Translations under genes and position numbers: made by a program
Shown here: positions 12,526 through 25,870 of the stretch, piece by piece
Layout of the letters: every line of letters begins with the position of its first letter
Numbering within the stretch: the stretch's first letter is position 1
The notes under the pieces: model-generated
What the model saw: the letters and a program-made list of their open reading frames with translations, nothing else
The model's database searches: none
What the model was told of the DNA's origin: nothing
NCBI RefSeq assembly: GCF_009834535.1
Contig: NC_045696.1
Location: 78,928,001 to 78,992,000, forward strand
DNA from: Camelus ferus
Lineage: Eukaryota
Direction: 5' to 3'
DNA: 64,000 nt

Positions 12526-14239
12526 ATATTTATGAAATCTGTTTGCAGAAACATTTGACTCATTCCTCTGAAAACATGTTACTGTATATTTCAACTTGAT
12601 TTCTTTAGGAAAAGAAAGAAGTTAACTTAGGGATTTAATCATATATTTGTCTATCTATTCTTTCTATAAATTTATTAAAACCCTCTTAAATGTCAAATAT
12701 GGAGTAAATGAGTAACAGGGCTCATGATTGCTTTTCCTTAATAAGAATGCAAATTTTTGTTTCACAGTTTTCATGTGTGGATATGTAAACAGGTACATCT
12801 AAGTCCAGTGATGAATCTGTTATCTCATAAGGATACAAAATGCAGGAAGTAGTTAATTAAACATTTGAGTTAATAGAGGAAATGGCATATGGGAGTAACA
12901 CATTACTGAAGAACCAAAGTGCACGTTATAAAACCTATTCTGACACTACTTAAATCTTTTCTTTAATTTGTATGATCCAAAGACCCTTTAGAACGTTGCC
13001 AAATACTGTGGCCACTGTTATACATATTAACTGGTATCAGAGTTTCAGAATAAAAAGAAAATTCTATCTTGTGAACCAAGAAAATTCGGGGACTGCTCTC
13101 ACATGTATATAATTCAGTATACAGCTGAAAGGTATGGTGCATTTTCCTATTCATTCACATCCTTTTAAACCTTTTTTTCTTTCATTAGGACTAAAACAAT
13201 TTATAAAAGCACTGTTTGAAGCACTTTCTTTCCTGTCAGACTTTGGGCTGATTACATAATACAATAATTCATCATGGAGCAAGGGAGCCCTGCCGATGGA
13301 TGACAGCAGTGGCTCATCCATGTGCGGCTGTGCCCAGTCAGTACCCCATTACGGGGGTACAAGAGCAACGTAGCTTTGAAAGAAGCACAAATTCCTGGAA
13401 AAGCATCATTTGGATATTTTTTTTTATTTCAAAAGCTATTAACAAAGGTTGTAGGAGGTGAGAAATGTTGATGGACAAATTGAACAAAACTTAAAGATAT
13501 CACAAAAAAGAAAAAGTTTTCTAGGTTCTGTTCATATGGAAATTTATATATTAAAGAAACAACATAAATTTTATTAGGGAGATTAGAAATAAGCAGAGAT
13601 AGTGAATGATGATCTCATGAAAGGAGAAAAAAGAAAAAAAACTCTTTGTAACCTTTAGAAGAAGGATGGTATTATCCTCCTAGTCCTGCCTGGAAAACAT
13701 TCTAGTCTAGCTCATAGCAGTGTCCTGTGGTTAGTAATCACCTTAATTTGGACAGCACTTATTGAGAATTCTCTTTGTAAAGTTTAATCTCATCTGTTCA
13801 CTTTTTTAAAATGAAGATTCAAAGGACTTGCTTATAACATGGCTAGCAAATGGTGGGTAAAGGATGTAAACCCGTCTCTGGACTTTAAACTCAGGGCAGT
13901 GGAGTACAAAGAGAACAGATCAGTATACACCTTCCTCTTAGGATTAAGTGTCAATAAAAAGTGATAATTCATATATCTAGTCCTGTGCCCGACAGAGAAT
14001 AGCCAAAGAATAAAAATGATTATTTTTTCTTTCCTTTCCTTCATCCTCATTTAGTCAGATGCCTGTGCCTTGCATTATAGGCTATTATAACATCCCAGAT
14101 GTCAATGCATGGAGAGTTTGCATATTCACAAGATGGCAGAAGAGCCATAAGAATGCTCTATACTTGTCACATTTCTTAGTGCAAATCCCTAATCAGGATC
14201 CATAGCCATTTTCTCAGTGAGGACAACCCAATAGTTTCT

Positions 14240-15068
14240 TTAGAAAATAATGAAGCAAAATTTAGGGGAATGAATATAAAATCTTGAATAAATTCAATAA
14301 ACCAATTGCACAATACAGAAGTAGACATAATTCAGTTGATAGCAGTTGATCTTAAAAAGCAGAACAAAAAATAATGGTTTTAAAGATTACTTTCTTACTG
14401 AATTAAAAATCACAAAGCAATTACTCTAGAAGTTAAAGAAATGGTAACAGCATTAAAAATATTGCTTTTTTTATTGAGGGACAGTCGGCTTATAATGTGT
14501 TAATTTCTGCTGTACAGCATAGTGTTTCAATTATACACATATACGTACTCCTTTTCATATTCTTTTTCATTGTAGGTTATTACAGAATATTGAATATGGT
14601 AACAGCTTTTGATTAAAGTTTGTAGTTCCATCAAACTCAATCCATACCTGGATTACTCAATGTGCACCTGGATATTTCATTTGGACAAACTAAAGGATGA
14701 TGTTAGAGTTTGGAAGACATCTCATGTTAGGAAGGCACAGAGAATTTGATTAAATAGAGTCAGGGGAAGGGGGGAATAAAGTCCTAAAAACAACATGAGA
14801 GTTCTTATTTCAATTAGTGGGTGAGGTAATCCTGTTTACATTGCTCAAAAAGTCATAGCTAGGACACATGAGCACAAGATACTGGGGGGCCAGACTGTTC
14901 CTCAATTTAGATGCTGAATTGTCCCGAAGTTGGTTTAGCTGCTTTTTTATATGACTACCGAGGTTATCAACTGTAATTGCTGAACTAAATGTTGTAAGAT
15001 TCCTGTATCGAATGGGGATTTGGATCAGTCCTCTAAACCCTTCCAACTCTAATATTACTGATTTTGTG
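14240..15068 (+). mobile_element. L3/CR1 LINE 3' region, split by an L1 stub
   Basis: aaaatttaggggaatgaatataaaatcttgaat...aattgcacaatacag resembles the CR1 RT C-terminus; aaacccttccaactctaatattactgattttgtg is a CR1/MIR3-type 3' tail. Confidence 0.55.
14455..14595 (-). mobile_element. Short L1 3'-end insertion with TSD
   Basis: L1 3' UTR end; TSD atggtaacagc(a/t)tt at 14441-14454 and 14596-14609. Confidence 0.85.
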
Positions 15069-16739
15069 GAAGCAGATGGAAACCAAGGTTCACAATGGTG
15101 AAAATCTTGGATCACACTGAAACAGCTTTTTTTTATTAACAAAATATCTTTGGTGTTTTGTCAAAGTCTGATATATTCGTGGGAGTGTTTTCCACTGTTT
15201 ATACTGTGGCAAAAGAAAATTGAGAACCTCTGGTCTAATCTATAGACCTTGGTTTATTAGGTTTAAGGAAAATTAAAGAAGATGATGAGAACTCTTCAGA
15301 GCTTTTTAAAAACTGATGTGCTCTAGCATTACTTTCTTTTATTTGAAACTGGAACACAAAAGAGGTAGCCCATAGAAATGAAATGTCTCAGACTTGCACT
15401 GTGCTAGTATTCATCAACATACTCAAGAAAACTTTATGGAGAAGAAAAATGAAGAAAATTTAGAAATTTTCCCTACTAAGTGCTCAAAGTCCCTCCACAC
15501 TGCCTAGTGAAGCTTGGTCAGCCGCTACTATTAAACACCCTGCCCCTCTCAGCAGTGGGGGGAATACTCGACATCCTGTGTCTATACTCAGAGGGGAAGC
15601 AATAAAATCAGTCAGTCCTTAATTTCCCTGAAGAGTATGGGTATGTAGGATATCACTGTTTTTCATTATAGCTTAATAAGAACTCAGCATTTTTTAATAC
15701 TTCTGGTCTTTCTTTATTTTTAAATACTGAGTAATATTTTTTTTCTTAATTGTGGAAGACTTTTAAATAATAATTAAAGTCCACTTGTGTATCCCCTATA
15801 AAGCACATAACTCAACTGAAACGACAACAATATGAACAGTTATGACCACGCAATCACATCAGAGTCAATGACAGTCACATCAAGATGGCTGTCTAGTGCT
15901 TAGTGATTTTAAGATGCCATCAACTGTAAGAATTCAGCCTCAGAATATGGAGGGAAAGTGCCTTTGAATTGATGATATATGATATATGGAGGAAAACTGA
16001 GCCTGACATAGCCCTCATGCTCCTCGAAATTATTTTATATAATGGTACAAATATTCAGTGGCAATCAGCTCTTCTTAATAGATCCTTATTTTAAAGCCAT
16101 GCATTTGGTGAATGTAAAGAAAAATACACTATAATAAAAATATAAATACAATTAAAGTTTAAAGCCTCATTTTTTTCCTTCCAAATTAAAGTCTCTTCCT
16201 CAGGTTCGGAAATCTGCTCAATAAAAAAGTAAGCCTGTTTACTAGAGATCTAAGTACCATCGAAATAGCTGAAATTTCTAAGCAGTATGCATAGTGCTGC
16301 AGTGCTGAAATTAACATTATATTTCTTTATCATCCAGCTGTATAGTTTTTTTTCACAAAAGTTCCTAGGTACAAAAAAGTAGCTTAAGTAGATTATATGC
16401 TCTTTTTCCACAAGTTTGCTAGATTCTGAATAATGTAACTTCAATAACAAAAACTGACTTTATAATACTTTACTTTCAAAAGTATAATAAAAATTAATTA
16501 TGTACAGAGAGAGGTAGTTGTTAAGTATTTACCAATTAAGTGGTGGATATAATAAAAATTGGCTAATACTGATTAGAAGTCAGTATTACTCCTTAATCAA
16601 CCTGTAACATATACGTTGATTATATTCACTAGATCAATTTGCCAGTGTAGTGAAAGTTACTTCACTGCACTTTGTTTTTGGCATTGCTCTCTCACAATTT
16701 TCCACCAAAAGAACTTTTTGGTAAAACTAAGTTTAGCTT

Positions 16740-18425
16740 CTTTTCTTTTCCATTTATTTAAACGAAACAAACAAAAAACAGTTCACCCATTTCTTCCACT
16801 CCCCACCCCTCAACTCTGACAAAAAACCAATCTGTTTTCTGTATCTATGACCTAGATTTTTTTTTTTAAGATTCCATATATAAGAGAGATTATATGGTAT
16901 ATGGTATATTGTAGTTGTCTTTCTCTGTCTTCTAACATTTCATTTAGTGTAACGTCTTTGAGTTTCATCCTTGTTGCCCCAAATGGCAAGATTTCATTCT
17001 TTTTTTATGGTGGAATGATATTCTAATATATATACTATAATTTCTTCATCTTTTTGTTTATTGATGGACAGTTAGGTTGTTTTCATATCTTGCCTATTGT
17101 AAATTATGCTGCAATGAACATGAGGGTACATGTATTTTTTCAAGATAGTGTTTCTGTTTTCTTCAGATAAATATCCAGAAGTAGAATGGCTGGATCATAT
17201 GGTAGCTCTACTTTTAATTTTTTGAGGGATCTCCATACTGTTTTCTATAGTAGCTGCACCAGTTTACTTTCACACTAACAATGCACAAGGATTCCCTTTT
17301 CTCCACACCCTTGCCAACACTTACTATTTCCTGTCTTTTTGATAATAGTTAGTCTAGTGGGTGTGAGGTGATAGCTCATTGGGGTTTTGATTTGCAGTTT
17401 CCTGATGAATAATAATGTTGAGCATCTTTCCTTGCACTTGTTAGCCATCTCTGTGTCGTCTTTGGCAAAATGTTTATTCAGACCTTCTGCCAATTTTTTA
17501 ACTGAATTGTTTTTTTTTTTTATGTTGAGTTGTATGAGTTCTTTAAATATTTTGGATATTAGCCCCTTATCAAATATATGATTTGCAAACATTCTCCTAT
17601 TCAGTAGGTTGCCTGTTCTTTCTGTTTATGATTTCCTTGGATGTGCAGAAGCTTTTTAGTTTGAAGTAGTCTCACTTGTTTCTTCTTGCCTTTATTGCTT
17701 TTGGTGTCGGATTTTAAAAAATTATCACTAAGACCTATGTCAAGGAGCTTACCATCTATGTTTTCTTGTATGAGCTTTATGGTTTCAGGTCTTATACACA
17801 ACTCTTTATCTCCATTTTGAGTTAATTTTTGTGTATGGTGTAAGACAATGGTCAAGTTTCATTCTTTTGTGTATGGCTGTCCAGTTTTCCCAACATCATT
17901 TATTTAAGAGACTTTCCTTTATCCATTGTATATTCTTGGCTTCCTCATCATAAATTAATTGACCCTATATGTGTAGGTTTACTTTTGGGGTCCCTATTCT
18001 GTTCCATTAATTTATATGTCTGTTTTATACTGATACCATACTGCTTTGATTACTATAGCTTTGTACTAGCATTTGAAATCAGGGAAGGTGATGCCTTCAG
18101 ATTTGTTTTTCTTTCTCAAGATTACTTCAGCTATTTGGTGTCTCCTGTGGTTCCATACAAATTTTAGTATTACTCGCTGTATTTCTGTTTTTGTTTACTG
18201 AGGTTTTTGATTACTGATTCAACCTCTTTGCTAGCAATTGTTTGGGTCTTTTTTTTTTTTCTTCAGATTTTCCATTTTATCATGATTCAGTCTGTTAAAT
18301 TGTATGTTTCTGGGAATTTATCCATTTCTTCTAGGTTGTCCAATTTGTAGTCATATAATTGTTTATAGTAGTCTTTTATGATCCTTTGTATTTCTGTGGT
18401 ATCAGTGGTAACATCTCTTCTTTCT
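16740..18425 (-). mobile_element. Old LINE-1 (L1MA-like): 3' UTR plus degraded ORF2 with internal deletion
   Basis: ORFs 17275-17592 and 17601-17855 are degraded ORF2 ([24 protein letters not shown]); 18190-18425 encodes an upstream ORF2 segment (LDNLEEMDKF). Confidence 0.92.
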
Positions 18426-20099
18426 GAAATAGATTTTTATACACGCACATGAGAACATGTGTTTGTTGAGCACACAGTAGGTACTCAATAAATATTTCCC
18501 TTCCTTGATTTCCTCCAGAAGCTTTATGTAGACACTACCTAAATCTATGTGGAGTCTTAATCCCCCAAATAATTTTTCCTCCCAAAGTAAATATTGCATT
18601 TCTGACATATGAAATTCTGACAGTGAGTAATGGTTTTCAGGTGACTTGTTTTAGTTGTGATTGCATTTCTAAGCTATGATCCATTTGCCTGAATATTACT
18701 TATACAGTTTTCCACCACAGATTTGTAGTTGCTTTCACAAGGCTTTACTCAACTGAGTAGAAAAAAGGAAAGATAAAGAAAACACAAATCTACATGATCA
18801 GGTTGCTTGAAAATTGGTCACTATTTTCTTCATAAAAATGAAAGTGGCAAAGTATATATATATATATATTATAAATATATTATATATAAAAATATAAAGG
18901 AAGTGTTACAGTTGACATTTAGTTAAGTGAACCCCTTCTACCTCAGTTTTGGTGTCATCACATTGATTCACGAATGGAATTATAGATAACACTAAATAAA
19001 ATTTTCTCCTAACAACTGATTAAAAACCAGAGATATTAAAGTTAAAACGTAACATAACAGTAACATCCCACATAGGACTTTTTATATTCTACAAAGTATC
19101 TCTACACGTATTCTCATGTGATGGATAGATAAAAATATAAATACACTTCAGTAAGCAGGAATTTTTGTGTGAAGAGGCTGAGGCAGGATGCTCTGTTTCT
19201 GACACCTTGGAAGATTATCTGGATAATGCTGTAATATAAAGACTGGCTGTGGGGGATGAGTTGGAACTGGAGTACAGTAGACAAATGGTATGGTAAGGTC
19301 TGGCCCAGAATGGTGGCAGTAACATCAGGAACAAATGCAATTATAAAAGTAGAAATTATCAGATGTATTTGCCGAGGGGTAGAAGTAGGAATGGAGTGGC
19401 AGGGGACTGAGAGAGAAAGTTGATAATCACTCTAAGAAACTGAACCTATGTTGCTAACAATATGACATAATCATGGAGAGACTAGGAAAATAACAAGAAG
19501 GAAAGATAGTTTTGAAGAATTATTTGATATTAAAAAATAATAGCAGCTCTCATACGACACTTATCTGCCAAACATTTTTTAAGTGCTTCATATTTATTAA
19601 CACACTTAATCCTTACACAAACCTTATGTATAGACAGCCACATTGACGTGACTTCAGTGATGTTAGAAATGCAAAAATTGTTGTTCTGCAATTTGACAGT
19701 AGCTGACCAAAATAAACCATTTTCAGTTCTTCAGATGCCAGTGTTAGTGGTGTATATTATATTGGTCTGTTTGGAAGTGAGACAGCATCACACTATTTGT
19801 AGGGTCAAGCATGAAGTTTAGGAAGGAGACAGGAATAAATATTTAGAAGCAAAAGCAAAAACATGTTTCACTCAGAGTTGTATATTCTGCAGCCATCTTC
19901 TCCAAAACACTTCCCCAGAGTATAAGAATGCATATGAAGCGATGAGATGTCAGCAACTCAAGTAAACCTCTTGTTGAAAAAAATGCTAAATCTAAAAGAT
20001 GTTCTTTAATCTCTGATTTTATTGTAAATAAGGTATGCAGTGATGGAAGACGTCTATCAATTTTACTAGCGGAAATGATATTTAAATAACTGATTACCA

Positions 20100-20375
20100 T
20101 AGTTAAATGTAAAAAAAAAACATTCTTTTTCTTTCTTTTTTCTTTGGAGGGATGGAAATACTGAAGTATTTAGGGGAAAGAGATTATCTGGATCTACAGG
20201 TCTACATAATATCCTCACAAATGGCTCAGATGACAACTAATGAGAGAAAGAGAATGCCAATGTGATAAAATATTAACCCTTGAAAAGTCCTGGTGACTTT
20301 TTTTTTTTTTTTTTGGTATCGTTCTTATAACTCTTCTGTAAGTTTGAAATTATTTAAAAGTAGAAGTTAAAAAAG
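20100..20375 (+). mobile_element. Old L1 (L1MC/L1ME-type) 3' end
   Basis: atactgaagtatttaggggaaag...cttctgtaagtttgaaattattt with A-rich end. Confidence 0.6.
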
Positions 20376-21869
20376 AAAAACAAGGACTGGATTCTGTTTG
20401 TAAAACCTGTGCCCGTGTGTGTATATAGATCTATTTTTGGGCTCTGGAGCTGGGTGAAAGGAAAAGAATCCACAATAAAATCAGGGAACAAACTGAATAC
20501 GCATTTTGCATGAAAAAGAAAATCCCATAAGAAATTGATTTCATCTTGCCCAATCAAGTTACTTATGAAATGATACTGCTATGGCCGTAAAACTGCATCT
20601 AAGAGAATAAAATCAATCCCCCGCGGAGGCTGTCATAGCATCTTGTTAAATGCCTACCTAAGGTTAAGCATAATAGGAATAGTTGAAGAGCAGGGGCGAG
20701 TGGATAATTGCTGAAAAGCTCATTGGAATTTCAAAGCATAGGGATCACAGGTGATAACTTACTTTGATGACTATAGTACAAATAAACTCTGGAGTCGGAC
20801 CAGCAGCCCAACTTGATTAACACATCAACCTCATAGCCTAGAGAACTTGTCTCTTGCTGCCTCTCTGAATTTTTTCTCTTCTGTGTGATCTTCTCTTTAT
20901 AAATATTTCTTGCCTCTCCATCTTTTTTAGAAAATCTCTTTCCTCATTGAGCTTTCCTTCTCTCTTCTTCCCCCAGCTTTTCACCAGCTCCTGATTCTCT
21001 TTCTTATCTGTCCTTTCTGAATTATTAGAACAAAATGGACATTATAAAATTGAGTTGGTGCATTTAGCGAATCCATTGTGAGCTTTATCATATTATATTT
21101 AGGGCTGAATTTTTTGAATGTTTCTCTCTATTAAAAACTGTCCTCAACTGGCTGTGGATTTGGCCCCTTATTGATTTGTTGGTTGGTAGGTGGGTGGTAA
21201 ACTGGCACTTAACAGTATTAAAAATGGATCAAAGTTTAACTGTGGTTGGGTAGGTACAGACACCACGGGTGGAAATCTCTTAAGTCTCTTATTTCATACT
21301 TGGTTTTCAGGGTGTCATAAATTCAGAGAACTGTGGATAAAGAATAAGTCTTATTTCTATGAAGTATTCATTCCCTAGGGAGCTAGTCAAGATCTTTTAC
21401 AACAGATACAATGGTGTCCAGTGCATACTGGATGAATATCAACCTGCCTATTCCTGACTTGACTCAGTGGTTACTCAGTAAAGACTTCTTCTCTAGCCTG
21501 CAGAAAGGAAATTTTTATATCTTTCATGTACATTGTGAAGACTTCAGAAACAAGATTTTACAAAAGGAAACTAAAAAAAGCTAAGAGCATCCAGTAGTTG
21601 TGAGCAGCTGTTACCATGGCCTAGATTAACATAGAAGGTGACCAGAAGGGCCTGAAGAATGAGGGAGGTGGGTTTATAAGGTGGAGTTCAGAAGCTCAGG
21701 TACGATAGGCCTGATGTCTGTATTAACTAAGCCTTGATATTTTGATTAATGGCTTTTCAAACTACAGTACATCTATCCTGCCCTGGCTCCCCTCAGCTCC
21801 TTGCTACCTTCCCAGCCTCTCCCCTCTTGAGATACATATACACCCATATAAAAAACACTCTTCTACATA

Positions 21870-21955
21870 AGTGTTTCTCAAACTTTTAATGTGCCTACAA
21901 ATCACCCAGGGATTTGGCAAGAAGGAAACTTCTGACTCAGTAGCTCTGGGACAGA
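21870..21955. mobile_element. MER5-type hAT MITE fragment
   Basis: agtgtttctcaaacttttaatgtgcctacaaatcacccagggat...ttctgactcagtag. Confidence 0.65.
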
Positions 21956-22152
21956 TCATAACATAATTGTATCATCCACATTGTAATTTTCTAGGCAAAC
22001 CTCACTCTTCCCATTGACAGGTGACTAATTATATAAAGTCATGGAATAAAACAATTTCTAAATATTCTGTCCAAATGAGATCACCTTCTTTTTATTTAGG
22101 AAACTAGGAACATTAAAAGAACAAAGCAAAATGGGTTAAAAAAAAAACTGGG

Positions 22153-22316
22153 TGCTATGGACTAAATTGTATTGATTCCCCCCAATTCATATGTTGAAGT
22201 CCTAACTCTAAAGAGATGGTATTTGGAGATAGAGATAACTAGGCTAAAATGAGGTTATGAGGGTGCGGTACTCACGATGGAAGTAGCGCTTTCTGAGGAA
22301 GAGATACAAGATAGCT

Positions 22317-22361
<45 letters not shown>

Positions 22362-22582
22362 CCTTCTCTCTCTTTCTTTTCCTCCCACTTTGCCCCACCC
22401 ACACCTCCACAATGTGACACAGTGAGAAAGTGGCCAGCCGCTAGCCAGCTAGCCAGGGAACCAAATCAGCTGGCAACTTGATCTTGAACTTCCCAACCCC
22501 CAGCAGTATGAGGAACCAAAGTCTGTTGTTTAACCCTCCCAGCTCATAGGATTTGGTTATGGCAGTCAAGCTGACTAAGATA
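22153..22582 (+). mobile_element. MLT1 (MaLR) solo LTR, MLT1A/B-like
   Basis: Starts tgctatggactaaattgt...aattcatatgttgaagtcctaac; ends ttggttatggcag...gctgactaagata. Confidence 0.9.
22315..22360 (+). repeat. (CT)n microsatellite within MLT1
   Basis: Seen directly. Confidence 0.95.
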
Positions 22583-25499
22583 CCAGGCAGCAGGGTGAAC
22601 ATATTTCTCAGGGCCCAACTGACCCTAATGGAAATATCTCTTGGATAGATTTCCCAGAGAAGTGAACTGTTCTGGGAATAGCTATTATCTTTTAAAGTTT
22701 ACTATAGTGTTGAGGCAGCTGACTGGCATAAATGGTATTCCTAAAGCCACTATGCAGCAAACAGCACATTTCAGCTGCCTTTACTCTATACAGGCTTCTG
22801 AGCAGGAGAGAAACAGAGTGTGATGCAATTTATTAAAGAAAAACAACTTGTTTTTCACCAAAGCCTCTACCACTGCTCTTTATGTCTTGGCTGGTTAAAG
22901 CCGGTGAATTTTCTTCTGAGAGCCGGTGCACCGTGCTGCTTAAAATAATCAACATGTGCCTTGAGTTTGGCCTCCTGCCAGTTTATGTTATCACGGAAAG
23001 ATGTTTCAAAGTACTGTAGGTCGATTACAAATGAAGACGGAAACACTTGTAAGGAAATAAAATTAAAGGAATGACTTTCTTTCTTTGCTATAAAGCTGAT
23101 AAAATGGATTTCACTAAGATCTACTTTGCTATCTGGAAACACTGCAAGGCTTCCTTTACAAAAAAAAAAAAAAAAGTGAACACACACACTGCAACTCTTG
23201 CCACCCTTATGTTTTGAGTCATTTTGCTATTTCTTTATTCACTTTGCATGTTCTTGCTTATTTTCACTGCAATTTGTGCAATACACTACTTCTGTAATAT
23301 AAAGCCATTTTAGCCAGGGAGACATTTCTTTTGTCTGAAAATGAGAACTAAATGGTAAAAAAAAGAAAAGAAGAGAAAAGAAAAATCCATTCCACCCTTA
23401 GTGGTTATGTTATTTGACTTATCATTGAAACTTGAAAACCATACCAGTAAGATTTTCCTATATTGTCTAATGAAAAGTTTGCAAGCATAGTTTTCACTGA
23501 ATATTGTTCACAAATGCTTCATTGTCCCCTGACAAATGGTCTGGAGCAAATCTCTAAAATCTTCTCTCACAGTACTACAGCTTAAAAGATTCATGCCATC
23601 AAACACTGCACCTCAAAGGCTAATGTCTACTCTCCAAATTTCAAATACCAGGAGCCTAATAAAAATTTAAAGAGTCCGAGCTCCTCTCCAGGGAGCAGCT
23701 GTCAAGCGTCTCTTGAAGGAAAGAAACATAAACAGCCTCCACCTAGAGCACCAATGTCTTGTCTTTGAGAACAGATATAGTAAGGGCAAGGTTTTTTTTT
23801 TCAATAAAAAAAGAAATCCAAGTTATGCTAGTTGATGTTAAAATGATGGGCTTTTGATCTCTCAATAACCAAGGAACAAAAATGTTTCAAATACATCAGA
23901 TGTATTTAGGAAGGAAAACTGAAAATCTTTTTATATACACACACATGCACACACACACAAACATATACACACATACAGATTCTATTTTGGGGACACTGTG
24001 GCTTCTTTTTAAGGGCTTTCATCATCAATTTTCTGTGCAAAGTCTGATTTATTCTGCTCATAGCTGCATTTCATTAAGTCGTGGCTGCCCTGGAGACACA
24101 ACAAAGTTCATTTTAGTTCAGTAGCATTTCACATTTTGCCCTCCTCACCACACATTTCATCAATGAGCCTTCATTTACACTTTCTGGTTCAGCAAAATCC
24201 CTTGTAGTCATATTCCTTCATAAAAACTTAACCTGAAAAATCCTGTCTAGAAAGGACAAACCTCTTACTTTCTGTCATCTACAGAACAATTTATTTGAGG
24301 ACAGAGCCCTAGATTAAATTGGTAAGATCACCACTTATTCCAAAGAAATGCAATCTCATTTTTCCATTACAGAATCTTAAAATGTATTTATACGATCACT
24401 ATAATAAAGAAATCTATTTAAAATCAGTTTAATATTGATGTCCTTTATAAAGTACAGCATCAACTATCTCTTTTGTGATCCATTTTCTGTCCAGGATCCT
24501 TCTGCTAACTTTCCACTTTGAGAAGAAAATATGCCACCTTAAAGAATAATGATAGTTTGAGACTCCTTTCTCATTCTCTAATAACCTAATATAATTCATT
24601 GAAGATGGGTTACCTTCAAAATTTTGCCATGAGCCATTAACCACATATGGAAATGAATCACAGTTACATTTTATATTGGTTACACTGTGGTTCACTCTTC
24701 TGTAAATGCCAAAGGTATCCATGGATAGCCATTTTTGAATTGGCAAGTGTTTGGAAAACTAGTGATACTTTAAGGGGAAAAAAATTCTGATGAATTCATT
24801 CACATTATCTGCATTTATAACAGAAGTGATTAAATTCATATTTATCCATAATTTCTTATCTAAATTATATTGATAATTTGATTGTATCTAAATATTGTAA
24901 GCTATTATAATCTAGTACTGTTTAAGAAAAAAAAACCTAAAAATAATGATTTGGTAATTGAAATTTGGTAACTTAAAAGTTACTCAATTAAAAATATATA
25001 AACTAAAAATATAAATAGCATTCAACTAAAATTTTTAAATCAGGGTTCAAATTGCAGGTGACTAAAAAATATACTACAACATATTGCAATTTTATTCTGT
25101 GATGCTATGCCAGATTTAACTCAATTTAAATCTAATAGAATCATAACTATTTTATAGATGTTTGCTATTTTAAGATTATGAAAATTAAGTATAAATATGA
25201 ATGTAATTATTAAGTAGTAGAGTTGACATTAAAAATAAAGAAAAAAGGTAAGACCTCTGGCCAGACTGTATGCTATTTTCTGTATAATCTACTCTGTAAG
25301 CAAAATGCTGCATATAACCACACTTATGGGTATTTTAAATATGTATGGGAAAGTGAATACCACCATGCATACCTACACATTTTTTTTCAAACCAGAGGAA
25401 AATTGAGCTTAAAATTGTCCTTGAAATATTACCTTGCTTACATTAAGTAGGCTCATTTCACTGACCATTGTCCCAGAAAATGCAACTGTCATAATTCGT

Positions 25500-25870
25500 C
25501 AAAATTATAAATTGTGATAAGTTCTATACAGTGCTACGAAAGACATAAGAGAGTGACATATTATAGGTAAACCTCTTCCAGGAAGGGCCATTTAAACTAA
25601 GACTTGAAGATAGAGTAGTCACCAGCAGAAGAACCTAGGTGCCCATGTAGAAGACGTGAGCTGGAGTTTTAAGGCTGCCTGGAGATGCGGGGAATGAAGT
25701 AAAGCTGGAAAGGTAGGCAAGGCCTCATATAGACTGGCAAGGAATTTGCATTTTATTCTAAATGCATGAAAAGTTATTGTAGACCTATAGCCAGATGAGT
25801 GAAATGATGTGATAAACATTTAAAAATGACCATACTGGCAGATGCATGGATAACAGCAGTGGTAGCAGGT
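25500..25870 (-). mobile_element. L2 fragment
   Basis: aaattgtgataagttctata...aaggaatttgcattttattctaaatgcatg...tttaaaaatgaccatactggc. Confidence 0.65.

Noticed and set aside
24429..24746. 105-aa minus-strand ORF and one X-box-like palindrome (24715-24728)
   Set aside because: No recognisable homology or splice sites; a single motif is weak evidence
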